From a virus (lineage: Duplodnaviria; Heunggongvirae; Uroviricota; Caudoviricetes), in the IMG/VR virus record IMGVR_UViG_2548876861_000008: a stretch of DNA of 32,052 nt. One strand, 5' to 3'. A model generated the notes under the pieces. That model saw only the letters and a list, made by a program, of their open reading frames with translations, had not been told where the DNA came from and ran no database searches. Shown in pieces: positions 9,069 through 18,179 of this stretch. Every line of letters starts with the position of its first letter. The stretch's first letter is position 1. The translations under genes were made by a program, and so were the position numbers.

Positions 9069-9255
9069 AGTTATTTCATAACATGCAATATACTCATTCT
9101 GTAGCCATAAATGAATTATTCATGATGTAAGATTCGCGTTGATGTGCGTGAATTCGCAAGTAATTATACAGCAAGGTTTGATTGGGTATCGTCAGCACCA
9201 GTGCGGTTCCAACGTACTCATGCAACTGCATTAAAACCGCCCCATGAAGCGGGCG

Positions 9256-9274
9256 GGCGAGGCGGGGAAAGCAC
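9256..9274. other. cos cohesive-end site (19-nt ggcgaggcggggaaagcac)
   Basis: Exact match to the 19-nt cohesive end I recall for P2; lies just downstream of portal gene Q as in P2. Confidence 0.6.
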
Positions 9275-9415
9275 TGCGCGCTGGCGGTGGTGCTGATTTT
9301 ATTTTTTCAGCGTCTGAGCGCGTCGTGATGGCGTTTAGATTGTTAGCCGGGGCGTTGGTGTGTCTGCGGGCTGTTTTGTGCGGTGGTGAGCGTGTGAGAG
9401 CGTGATGGCGGGTTG

Positions 9416-9438
9416 TAAAAAAGCCGCCCGCAGGCGGC
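9416..9438 (-). terminator. Rho-independent terminator after Q (minus strand)
   Basis: GC stem gccgcc/ggcggc (9423..9438) with a run of A on the plus strand (T-run on minus) at 9416..9422, immediately 3' of Q stop. Confidence 0.5.
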
Positions 9439-9443
9439 GATGT

Positions 9444-10478
9444 TCAGCCGTTGTCAGTGTCCAGTGAGTAGTTTTTAAAGCGGATGACCTCCTGACCGAG
9501 CCAGCCGTTTATCTCGCGGATCCTGTCCTGTAACGGGATAAGCTCATTGCGGACAAAGACCTTTGCCACTTTCTCAATATCGCCCAGCGACCCGACGTTT
9601 TCCGGCTTGCCACCCATCAACTGAAAGGGGATGCGGTGCGCGTCAAGCAGGTCAGCGGCGCTGGCTTTTTTGATATTAAAAAAATCGTCCTTCGTTGCCA
9701 CTTCACTGAGCGGGATAATTTTAATACCGTCGGCTTTTCCCTGTGGGGCGTAGAGAAACAGGTTTTTAAAGTTGTTGCGGCCTTTCGACTTCACCATGTT
9801 TTCGCGAAGCATTTCGATATCGTTGCGGTCCTGCACGGCATCGGTGACGTACATGATGTATCCGGCATGAGCGCCGTTTTCGTAATACTTGCGGCGGAAC
9901 AGCGTGGCCGACTCATTCAGCCAGGCAGAGTTAAGGGCGCTGAGATATTCCGGCAGGCCGTACAGCTCCTGATTAATATCCGGCTCCAGCAGGTGAAACA
10001 CGGAGCCGGGTGCGAAGGCTGTCGGCTCGTTGAAGGACGGCACCCACCAGTAAACATCCTCCTCCACGCCACGACGGGTATATTTGGCCGGTGAGGTTTC
10101 CAGTCTGATTACCTTACCGGTGGTGCTGTAACGCTTTTCCAGAAACGCATTACCGAACACCAGAAAATCCAGCACAAAGCGGCTGAAATCCTGCTGGGAA
10201 AGCCACGGATGCGGGATAAATGTCGAGGCCAGAATATTACGTTTGACGTAAATCGGTGAGCTGTGATGCACGGCAGCACGCAGGCTTTTTGCCAGACCGG
10301 TAAAGCTGACCGGTGGCTCATACCATCTGCCGTTACTGATGCACTCGACGTAATCCAGAATGTCACGGCGGTCGAGTACCGGCACCGGCTCGCCAAAGGT
10401 GAATGCCTCCATTTTCGGGGCGCTGGCAGTCATTGTTTTCACCGCTGGCTGCGGTGTTTTCCCTTTTTTCTTACTCAT
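9444..10478 (-). CDS. Q: portal protein
   Basis: 344 aa, same length and position as P2 gpQ; stop/start coupled with P. Confidence 0.9.
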   Translation of the reverse strand: MSKKKGKTPQPAVKTMTASAPKMEAFTFGEPVPVLDRRDILDYVECISNGRWYEPPVSFTGLAKSLRAAVHHSSPIYVKRNILASTFIPHPWLSQQDFSRFVLDFLVFGNAFLEKRYSTTGKVIRLETSPAKYTRRGVEEDVYWWVPSFNEPTAFAPGSVFHLLEPDINQELYGLPEYLSALNSAWLNESATLFRRKYYENGAHAGYIMYVTDAVQDRNDIEMLRENMVKSKGRNNFKNLFLYAPQGKADGIKIIPLSEVATKDDFFNIKKASAADLLDAHRIPFQLMGGKPENVGSLGDIEKVAKVFVRNELIPLQDRIREINGWLGQEVIRFKNYSLDTDNG

Positions 10479-12280
10479 CAGTAAAACTCCAGAATGGTGG
10501 ATGTCAGCGGGGTGCTGATACCGGCGGTGAGTGGCTCATTTAACAGGGCGTGCATGGTCGCCCAGGCGAGGTCGGCGTGGCTGGCTTCCTCGCTGCGGCT
10601 GGCCTCATAGGTGGCACTGCGTCCGCTGCTGGTCATGGTCTTGCGGATAGCCATAAACGAGCTGGTGATGTCGGTGGCGCTGACGTCATATTCCAGACAG
10701 CCACGGCGGATAACGTCTTTTGCCTTGAGCACCATTGCGGTTTTCATTTCCGGCGTGTAGCGGATATCACGCGCGGCGGGATAGAACGAGCGCACGAGCT
10801 GGAACACGCCGACACCGAGGCCGGTGGCATCAATACCGATGTATTCGACGTTATATTTTTCGGTGAGTTTGCGGATGGATTCCGCCTGGGTGGCAAAGTC
10901 CATACCTTTCCACTGGTGACGCTCAAGTATTCTGAATTTGCCACCGGCCACCACCGGCGGTGCCAGTACCACGCATCCGGCGCTGTCGCCACGGTGTGAC
11001 GGGTCGTAACCAATCCATACCGGTCGGGAGCCGAACGGATTTGCGGCAAACGGCGCATAGTCTTCCCATTCTTCCAGCGTGTCGACCATGCAGCGTTGCA
11101 GCTCCTCGAACGGGAATACCGATGCCTTGTCGTCAACAAATTCACACATGAACAGGTTTTTAAAATCGTCGGCGCTGTTTTCGCGTTTAAGCTGCTCAAT
11201 GTCGAACAATGTGCAGCCACCTTTCAGGGCGTCCTCAATGGTGACAATCTGCCGCCACTGGCCGTCCGCACAGAGAAGACCTCCGGCAAGGGCGTTATGA
11301 CTGACGTCGATTTCCACGCGTTCGGCGGCGCTGGCGCGTCCCCGGTTGAACAGTTCACCTGACCAGAACGGGTAGGCGTCGTGCGCCAGCGTGGACGGGG
11401 TGGAGAAATAGGTCGAGCGCAGGTGACTCTGTGAGGCCATACCTGATGCCACCTTACGCAGTACCTGAAAATTCGGGATCCAGAAAATCTCGTCGACGTA
11501 CAGGTCGCCGTTATGGCTCTGTGCGGTGTTGGAGTTGGTGCCGAGAAAAATCAGTTTTGCGCCGTTATTGCCCAGGACAATCGGGTCACCGGTCAGGTCA
11601 ACGTCAACCAGCCGGGCAAAGGCGATGATGTATTCACGGAACACATACGCCTGCGTTTTACTGGCCGACAGAAAAATCTGGTTATGACCGGTTTTCAGGG
11701 CGCGCAGCAGCGCCTCGCGGGAAAAATAAAACGTCGCGCCAATCTGGCGGGATTTCAGGATATCGCGGATGCGGTGCTCAAGCCCGGCGCGATACCAGTG
11801 CAACTGATATTCGAAAGACTGCTCAAAGAAAATCTGCTCCAGCTTTTCGATGGCCTCGTCACTGAAAAAATTCTTTTTCGGTTTGCGACGCCCGCCTTTG
11901 TTGCGGTTAGCGACGTTCGGATTAAGGTCTGCCTCGTTGCCGGTCTGACTGTAACGGTTGACCCGTGCCAGTCGTTCAATCTGGCGTCCGAGCAGGTCAA
12001 TTTCCTTGAAGTCACCGCCGGTTTTCTGCGGTTTGATGATGAGCTGGGTCAGCCGCGCTTCCAGACTCATTTCGACACGGCTGATGGGGGCAACGCTGTC
12101 CCAGCCGTCGCGCTGTTTCCAGCTCTGCACCGTCGGGCGTTTCATCTGCAACATGGCGGCAATCTGCGGCACGGAAAACCCCTGCCAGTACAGCAGCGCC
12201 GCCTGACGACGCGGGTCGTGTAAAAGAGTGGTGTCTGTGGTGATGGTCATGAATACCTCGCCGTGATGAATACACGGCAA
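10478..12280 (-). CDS. P: terminase large (ATPase) subunit
   Basis: 600-aa ORF divergent from capsid operon; length and position as P2 gpP. Confidence 0.9.
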   Translation of the reverse strand: MPCIHHGEVFMTITTDTTLLHDPRRQAALLYWQGFSVPQIAAMLQMKRPTVQSWKQRDGWDSVAPISRVEMSLEARLTQLIIKPQKTGGDFKEIDLLGRQIERLARVNRYSQTGNEADLNPNVANRNKGGRRKPKKNFFSDEAIEKLEQIFFEQSFEYQLHWYRAGLEHRIRDILKSRQIGATFYFSREALLRALKTGHNQIFLSASKTQAYVFREYIIAFARLVDVDLTGDPIVLGNNGAKLIFLGTNSNTAQSHNGDLYVDEIFWIPNFQVLRKVASGMASQSHLRSTYFSTPSTLAHDAYPFWSGELFNRGRASAAERVEIDVSHNALAGGLLCADGQWRQIVTIEDALKGGCTLFDIEQLKRENSADDFKNLFMCEFVDDKASVFPFEELQRCMVDTLEEWEDYAPFAANPFGSRPVWIGYDPSHRGDSAGCVVLAPPVVAGGKFRILERHQWKGMDFATQAESIRKLTEKYNVEYIGIDATGLGVGVFQLVRSFYPAARDIRYTPEMKTAMVLKAKDVIRRGCLEYDVSATDITSSFMAIRKTMTSSGRSATYEASRSEEASHADLAWATMHALLNEPLTAGISTPLTSTILEFY

Positions 12281-12423
12281 GGCTACTGAGTCGCGCCCCG
12301 CGATTCGCTAAGGTGCTGTTGTGCCAGTGATAAGCCATCCGGGACTGATGGCGGAGGATGCGCATCGTCGGGAAACTGATGCCGACATGTGACTCCTCTA
12401 ATCACTATTCAGGACTCCTGACA

Positions 12424-13278
12424 ATGGCAAAAAAAGTCTCAAAATTCTTTCGTATCGGCGTTGAGGGTGACACCTGTGACGGGCGTGTCATCAGTGCGCA
12501 GGATATTCAGGAAATGGCTGAAACCTTTGACCCGCGAGTCTATGGTTGCCGCATTAACCTGGAACATCTGCGCGGGATCCTGCCTGACGGTATTTTTAAG
12601 CGTTATGGCGATGTGGTCGAACTGAAGGCCGAAAAGATTGACGATGATTCGGCGCTGAAAGGCAAATGGGCGCTGTTTGCGAAAATCACCCCGACCGATG
12701 ACCTTATCGCGATGAACAAGGCCGCGCAGAAGGTCTATACCTCAATGGAAATTCAGCCGAACTTTGCCAATACAGGCAAATGTTATCTGGTGGGTCTGGC
12801 CGTCACCGATGACCCGGCAAGCCTCGGCACGGAATACCTGGAATTCTGCCGCACGGCAAAACACAACCCCCTGAACCGCTTCAAATTAAGCCCTGAAAAC
12901 CTGATTTCAGTGGCAACGCCCGTTGAGCTGGAATTTGAAGACCTGCCTGAAACCGTGTTCACCGCCCTGACCGAAAAGGTGAAGTCCATTTTTGGCCGCA
13001 AACAGGCCAGCGATGACGCCCGTCTGAATGACGTGCATGAAGCGGTGACCGCTGTTGCTGAACATGTGCAGGAAAAACTGAGCGCCACTGAGCAGCGCCT
13101 CACTGAGATGGAAACCGCTTTTTCCGCACTTAAGCAGGATGTGACTGACAGGGCGGATGAAACCAGCCAGGCATTCACCCGCCTGAAAAACAGCCTCGAC
13201 CACACCGAAAGTCTGACCCAGCAGCGCCGCAGCAAGGCCACCGGCGGTGGCGGTGACGCGCTGATGACGAACTGCTGA
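12424..13278 (+). CDS. O: capsid scaffolding protein
   Basis: Start at ATG 12424 (MAKKVSKFF); coiled-coil-like C-terminus; about 284 aa as P2 gpO. Confidence 0.85.
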   Translation: MAKKVSKFFRIGVEGDTCDGRVISAQDIQEMAETFDPRVYGCRINLEHLRGILPDGIFKRYGDVVELKAEKIDDDSALKGKWALFAKITPTDDLIAMNKAAQKVYTSMEIQPNFANTGKCYLVGLAVTDDPASLGTEYLEFCRTAKHNPLNRFKLSPENLISVATPVELEFEDLPETVFTALTEKVKSIFGRKQASDDARLNDVHEAVTAVAEHVQEKLSATEQRLTEMETAFSALKQDVTDRADETSQAFTRLKNSLDHTESLTQQRRSKATGGGGDALMTNC

Positions 13279-13336
13279 CCGGCGTCAGTCAGTCCGGGAA
13301 AACCTTCACGATTAACCCTTAATTTCAGGAAAAACT

Positions 13337-14410
13337 ATGCGCCAGGAAACCCGCTTTAAATTTAATGCCTACCTGTCCCGTGTTGCCGAACTGAACGGCA
13401 TCGACGCCGGTGATGTGTCGAAAAAATTCACCGTTGAACCGTCGGTCACCCAGACCCTGATGAACACCATGCAGGAGTCCTCTGACTTTCTGACCCGCAT
13501 CAACATTGTGCCGGTCAGCGAAATGAAAGGGGAAAAAATTGGTATTGGTGTCACCGGCTCCATCGCCAGCACCACCGACACCGCCGGTGGCACCGAGCGT
13601 CAGCCGAAGGACTTCTCGAAGCTGGCGTCAAACAAGTACGAATGCGACCAGATTAACTTCGATTTTTATATCCGCTACAAAACGCTTGACCTGTGGGCGC
13701 GTTATCAGGATTTCCAGCTCCGTGTCCGTAACGCCATTATCAAACGCCAGTCCCTTGATTTAATCATGGCCGGTTTTAACGGCGTGAGGCGTGCCGAAAC
13801 CTCTGACCGCAGCAGCAATCCGATGCTGCAGGATGTGGCGGTCGGCTGGCTGCAGAAATACCGCAATGAAGCCCCGGCGCGCGTGATGAGCAAGGTCACT
13901 GACGAGGAAGGGCACACCACCTCTGAGGTTATCCGCGTGGGTAAGGGCGGTGATTATGCCAGCCTTGACGCACTGGTGATGGATGCGACCAACAACCTGA
14001 TTGAGCCGTGGTATCAGGAAGACCCTGACCTTGTGGTGATTGTGGGACGTCAGCTACTGGCGGACAAGTATTTTCCCATCGTCAACAGGGAGCAGGACAA
14101 CAGCGAAATGCTGGCCGCTGACGTCATCATCAGCCAGAAACGCATCGGTAACCTGCCGGCGGTACGCGTCCCGTACTTCCCGTCGGATGCGATGCTCATC
14201 ACAAAGCTGGAAAACCTGTCCATCTACTACATGGATGACAGCCATCGCCGCGTGATTGAGGAAAACCCGAAACTCGACCGCGTGGAGAACTACGAGTCAA
14301 TGAACATTGATTACGTGGTGGAAGACTACGCCGCCGGTTGTCTGGTGGAAAAAATTAAGGTCGGTGACTTCTCCACACCGACTAAAGTGACCGCAGAGCC
14401 GGGAGCGTAA
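13337..14410 (+). CDS. N: major capsid protein
   Basis: 357 aa, same as P2 gpN; follows scaffold gene. Confidence 0.9.
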   Translation: MRQETRFKFNAYLSRVAELNGIDAGDVSKKFTVEPSVTQTLMNTMQESSDFLTRINIVPVSEMKGEKIGIGVTGSIASTTDTAGGTERQPKDFSKLASNKYECDQINFDFYIRYKTLDLWARYQDFQLRVRNAIIKRQSLDLIMAGFNGVRRAETSDRSSNPMLQDVAVGWLQKYRNEAPARVMSKVTDEEGHTTSEVIRVGKGGDYASLDALVMDATNNLIEPWYQEDPDLVVIVGRQLLADKYFPIVNREQDNSEMLAADVIISQKRIGNLPAVRVPYFPSDAMLITKLENLSIYYMDDSHRRVIEENPKLDRVENYESMNIDYVVEDYAAGCLVEKIKVGDFSTPTKVTAEPGA

Positions 14411-14413
14411 CCG

Positions 14414-15157
14414 ATGACGAGTCCCGCACAGCGCCACATGATGCGGGTCTCGGCAGCGATGACCGCGCAGCGGGACGCCGCCCCGCTGCGACATGCAACT
14501 GTCTATGAGCAGATGCTGGTCAAGCTGGCCGCAGACCAGCGCACACTGAAAGCGATTTATTCAAAAGAGCTGAAGGCCGCGAAAAAACGCGAACTGCTGC
14601 CGTTCTGGTTGCCGTGGGTGAACGGCGTGCTGGAGCAGGGCAAAGGTGCACAGGATGACATTCTGATGACGGTCATGCTGTGGCGTCTGGATACCGGCGA
14701 TATTGCCGGTGCGCTGGAGATTGCCCGTTATGCCCTGAAGTACGGTCTGACCATGCCGGGTAAACACCGCCGCACCCCGCCGTACATGTTCACCGAGGAG
14801 GTGGCGCTCGCGGCCATGCGCGCCCACGCTGCCGGTGAGTCTGTGGATACCCGCCTGCTGACGGAGACCCTTGCACTGACCGCCACGGCAGACATGCCTG
14901 ATGAAGTGCGCGCAAAGCTGCACAAAATCACCGGTCTGTTTCTGCGTGACGCTGGTGATGCCGCCGGTGCGCTGGCTCACCTGCAACGTGCGACACAGCT
15001 CGACTGTCAGGCAGGCGTCAAAAAAGAGATTGAACGACTGGAGCGGGAGCTGAAACCGAAGCCGGAGCCGCAGCCCAAAGCGGCCACCCGCGCCCCGCGT
15101 AAGACCCGGAGCGTGACACCGGCAAAACGTGGACGCCCGAAAAAGAAAGCCAGTTAA
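14414..15157 (+). CDS. M: terminase small / endonuclease subunit
   Basis: 247 aa as P2 gpM; basic C-terminal tail. Confidence 0.85.
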   Translation: MTSPAQRHMMRVSAAMTAQRDAAPLRHATVYEQMLVKLAADQRTLKAIYSKELKAAKKRELLPFWLPWVNGVLEQGKGAQDDILMTVMLWRLDTGDIAGALEIARYALKYGLTMPGKHRRTPPYMFTEEVALAAMRAHAAGESVDTRLLTETLALTATADMPDEVRAKLHKITGLFLRDAGDAAGALAHLQRATQLDCQAGVKKEIERLERELKPKPEPQPKAATRAPRKTRSVTPAKRGRPKKKAS

Positions 15158-15256
15158 CAACCGAATGCGCCCCGCGCCAGGGCGGCACGCCGGTCAGTGA
15201 GGGTGAATCACCTGACACTGCACCGGCGTCCACCGCCCGACTTTTCAGAGGTAGTC

Positions 15257-15766
15257 ATGATGACGCTGATTATTCCGCGAAAGGAGGCTCCCGTGTCCGG
15301 TGAGGGTACGGTGGTCATCCCGCAACCGGCAGGCGACGAGCCGGTGATTAAAAACACGTTCTTTTTTCCCGATATCGACCCGAAGCGCGTCCGGGAACGT
15401 ATGCGCCTTGAGCAGACCGTCGCCCCCGCCCGTCTGCGTGAGGCCATCAAGTCAGGCATGGCGGAGACGAATGCGGAGCTGTACGAGTACCGCGAACAGA
15501 AAATTGCCGCCGGTTTTACGCGTCTGGCGGAAGTCCCGGCGGACGATATCGACGGTGAAAGCATCAAAGTTTTTTACTACGAGCGCGCCGTGTGTGCGAT
15601 GGCGACCGCATCGCTTTATGAGCGTTATCGCGGCGTGGATGCCAGTGCCAAAGGCGACAAGAAGGCCGACAGCATTGACAGCACCATTGATGAGCTGTGG
15701 CGGGATATGCGCTGGGCAGTGGCGCGAATCCAGGACAAGCCGCGCTGCATCGTGAGTCAAATCTGA
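15257..15766 (+). CDS. L: head completion/stabilisation protein
   Basis: Start at ATG 15257 gives 169 aa as P2 gpL; stop overlaps X start (ATGA). Confidence 0.8.
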   Translation: MMTLIIPRKEAPVSGEGTVVIPQPAGDEPVIKNTFFFPDIDPKRVRERMRLEQTVAPARLREAIKSGMAETNAELYEYREQKIAAGFTRLAEVPADDIDGESIKVFYYERAVCAMATASLYERYRGVDASAKGDKKADSIDSTIDELWRDMRWAVARIQDKPRCIVSQI

Positions 15767-15969
15767 TGAAGACCTTTGCGCTACAGGGCGACACGCTCGA
15801 CGCCATTTGTGTCCGGTATTACGGGCGCACTGAAGGCGTGGTTGAGACCGTGCTCGCCGCAAATCCGGGACTGGCTGAACTGGGTGCGGTGCTGCCACAC
15901 GGCACCGCCGTCGAACTGCCCGACGTTCAGACCGCGCCCGTGGCTGAAACTGTCAATCTGTGGGAGTAA
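15766..15969 (+). CDS. X: tail protein X
   Basis: 67 aa (MKTFALQGDTLDAICVRYYG...), same length as P2 gpX. Confidence 0.75.
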   Translation: MKTFALQGDTLDAICVRYYGRTEGVVETVLAANPGLAELGAVLPHGTAVELPDVQTAPVAETVNLWE

Positions 15970-15972
15970 CGC

Positions 15973-16254
15973 ATGACAGCAGAAGAAAAAAGCGTCCTGT
16001 CGCTTTTCATGATTGGGGTGCTGATTGTTGTCGGCAAGGTGCTTGCCGGTGGTGAACCCATCACCCCGCGTCTGTTTATCGGGCGCATGTTGCTCGGTGG
16101 TTTTGTCTCGATGGTTGCCGGTGTTGTTCTGGTGCAGTTTCCTGACCTGTCACTGCCTGCGGTGTGCGGTATCGGCTCCATGCTGGGTATCGCCGGTTAT
16201 CAGGTGATTGAGATTGCCATTCAGCGCCGTTTTAAGGGCAGGGGGAAACAGTAA
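15973..16254 (+). CDS. Y: holin
   Basis: 93 aa with hydrophobic transmembrane segments; precedes endolysin. Confidence 0.8.
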   Translation: MTAEEKSVLSLFMIGVLIVVGKVLAGGEPITPRLFIGRMLLGGFVSMVAGVVLVQFPDLSLPAVCGIGSMLGIAGYQVIEIAIQRRFKGRGKQ

Positions 16255-16751
16255 TGCCGGTAATTAACACGCATCAGAATATCGCGGCCTTTCTCGACAT
16301 GCTGGCAGTGTCCGAAGGGACGGCGAATCATCCGCTGACGAAAAACCGGGGCTATGACGTGATAGTCACCGGACTGGACGGGAAGCCGGAAATTTTCACC
16401 GACTACAGTGACCACCCGTTCGCGCATGGCCGACCGGCGAAGGTGTTTAACCGTCGCGGTGAAAAATCCACGGCCTCCGGTCGCTATCAGCAACTTTACC
16501 TGTTCTGGCCGCATTACCGCAAACAGCTTGCCCTGCCGGATTTCAGTCCGTTGTCGCAGGACAGACTCGCCATTCAGTTGATCCACGAACGCGGTGCACT
16601 GGATGACATCCGGGTGGGACGCATTGAGCGCGCCATTTCACGCTGTCGCAATATCTGGGCGTCCCTGCCGGGTGCCGGTTACGGTCAGCGTGAGCATTCA
16701 CTGGAAAAACTGGTCACCGTCTGGCGTACCGCCGGCGGTGTACCAGCTTAA
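16254..16751 (+). CDS. K: endolysin (lysozyme)
   Basis: 165 aa as P2 gpK; lysis cassette position. Confidence 0.85.
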   Translation: MPVINTHQNIAAFLDMLAVSEGTANHPLTKNRGYDVIVTGLDGKPEIFTDYSDHPFAHGRPAKVFNRRGEKSTASGRYQQLYLFWPHYRKQLALPDFSPLSQDRLAIQLIHERGALDDIRVGRIERAISRCRNIWASLPGAGYGQREHSLEKLVTVWRTAGGVPA

Positions 16752-16765
16752 ACGGAGTAAACACC

Positions 16766-17191
16766 ATGAAGAAATTATCCCTTTCACTGATGCTGAATGT
16801 GTCGCTGGCGCTGATGCTGGCACTGTCCCTGATTTACCCGCAGAGCGTGGCCGTCAATTTTGTCGCCGCCTGGGCGATTCTGGCGACGGTTATCTGTGTG
16901 GTTGCCGGTGGTGTCGGCGTGTATGCCACTGAGTATGTGCTGGAACGCTACGGGCGGGAGCTGCCACCGGAATCGCTGGCCGTGAAGATTGTCACGTCGC
17001 TGTTTTTGCAGCCGGTGCCGTGGCGCAGGCGGGCGGCGGCTCTGGTAGTGATGGTGGCGACGTTTATCTCGCTGGTCGCTGCCGGGTGGATTTTTACCGC
17101 GCTGATTTATCTTGTGGCGTCGCTGTTTTTCCGGCTGATACGTAAAGCCTGTCGTCAGCGTCTTGAGGGGCGGGAACCATGTCAAAGCTGA
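16766..17191 (+). CDS. lysA: lysis regulatory membrane protein LysA
   Basis: 141 aa, multiple hydrophobic helices; same length as P2 LysA. Confidence 0.7.
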   Translation: MKKLSLSLMLNVSLALMLALSLIYPQSVAVNFVAAWAILATVICVVAGGVGVYATEYVLERYGRELPPESLAVKIVTSLFLQPVPWRRRAAALVVMVATFISLVAAGWIFTALIYLVASLFFRLIRKACRQRLEGREPCQS

Positions 17192-17604
17192 TGATTGTGC
17201 TGGTCGTGTTGTTATCGCTGGCGGTGACCGGTCTGTTTCTGGTGAAACACAAAAATGCCAGCCTGCGCGCCTCGCTGGACAGGGCGAACAGCGTCGCCAG
17301 TGAACAGCAGACGACCATCACCATGCTGAAAAATCAGCTTCATGTTGCCATCACCAGGGCAGACAAAAACGAGCTGGCGCAGGTGGCACTGCGTCAGGAA
17401 CTGGAGAACGCGGCGAAGCGTGAAGCACAGCGCGAGAAAACCATCACGAGGTTACTGAATGAAAACGAAGATTTTCGCCGCTGGTACGGCGCTGGCCTGC
17501 CTGATGCTGTGCGCCGGTTGCACCAGCGCCCGGCCTGCACCGACGCCAGTGATTGTCGCCAACGCCTGCCCGAAAGTGAGCCTTTGCCCGATGCCGGGCA
17601 GTGA
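17179..17604 (+). CDS. lysB: Rz-like inner-membrane spanin LysB
   Basis: 141 aa, N-terminal TM segment followed by charged helical region. Confidence 0.7.
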   Translation: MSKLMIVLVVLLSLAVTGLFLVKHKNASLRASLDRANSVASEQQTTITMLKNQLHVAITRADKNELAQVALRQELENAAKREAQREKTITRLLNENEDFRRWYGAGLPDAVRRLHQRPACTDASDCRQRLPESEPLPDAGQ

Positions 17605-17749
17605 CCCGGAGACGAACGGCGATTTAAGTGCCGATATCCGACAGCTTGAGAACGCGCTGGCACGCTGTGCCAGCCAGGTAAAAATGATTAAACACTGTCA
17701 GGACGAAAACGATGCTCAAACCCGACAGCCTGCGCAGGGCGCTGACTGA
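17459..17749 (+). CDS. lysC: Rz1-like outer-membrane lipoprotein spanin LysC (embedded in lysB +1 frame)
   Basis: 96 aa; signal peptide with lipobox LCAGC; overlaps lysB 3' end and R 5' end as in P2. Confidence 0.6.
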   Translation: MKTKIFAAGTALACLMLCAGCTSARPAPTPVIVANACPKVSLCPMPGSDPETNGDLSADIRQLENALARCASQVKMIKHCQDENDAQTRQPAQGAD

Positions 17750-18179
17750 TGCCGTCACGGTGCTGAAAACCAGTCCCGAGATGCTGCGGATATTCGTTGA
17801 TAACGGGAGTATTGCCTCCACGCTGGCGACGTCGTTGTCATTCGAAAAGCGTTACACGCTCAATGTGATTGTGACCGACTTTACCGGTGATTTTGACCTG
17901 CTCATCGTGCCGGTGCTGGCGTGGCTGCGGGAAAATCAGCCCGACATCATGACCACCGACGCAGGCCAGAAAAAGGGCTTCACGTTTTATGCAGACATCA
18001 ACAATGACAGCAGCTTTGATATCAGCATCAGCCTGATGCTGACCGAGCGCACGCTGGTCAGTGAGGTGGACGGCGCACTGCATGTGAAGAATATCCCGGA
18101 ACCCACGCCGCCGGAGCCGGTCACCCGCCCGGTGGAGCTTTATATCAATGGCGAACTGGTGAGCAAGTGGGATGAATGA
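17712..18179 (+). CDS. R: tail completion protein R
   Basis: 155 aa as P2 gpR. Confidence 0.8.
   Translation: MLKPDSLRRALTDAVTVLKTSPEMLRIFVDNGSIASTLATSLSFEKRYTLNVIVTDFTGDFDLLIVPVLAWLRENQPDIMTTDAGQKKGFTFYADINNDSSFDISISLMLTERTLVSEVDGALHVKNIPEPTPPEPVTRPVELYINGELVSKWDE

Noticed and set aside
5776-9255. Expectation of tin and old genes (P2 accessory exclusion genes) at this locus
   Set aside because: No ORF with an OLD-type ATPase/TOPRIM layout or Tin-like features is present; the locus is occupied by different cargo
9069-9443. Possible small protein-coding ORF or CRISPR-like repeats in the GC-rich cos region
   Set aside because: No regularly spaced direct repeats and no ORF with a plausible start; the region matches the recalled non-coding P2 cos neighbourhood
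10550-12223. Several plus-strand ORFs of 60-236 aa overlapping the terminase large-subunit gene
   Set aside because: Antisense to a conserved 600-aa terminase ORF in GC-rich DNA where long spurious ORFs are expected; no independent support
12281-12423. Ogr-dependent late promoter dyad (TGT-N12-ACA) in the divergent P/O intergenic region
   Set aside because: I looked for the dyad but could not find a clean match by eye; not reported as a feature
14561-15898. Minus-strand ORFs (for example 14561..15160, 15452..15898) across M, L and X
   Set aside because: Arg/Gly-rich translations typical of GC-rich antisense frames; conflict with the conserved late-operon genes
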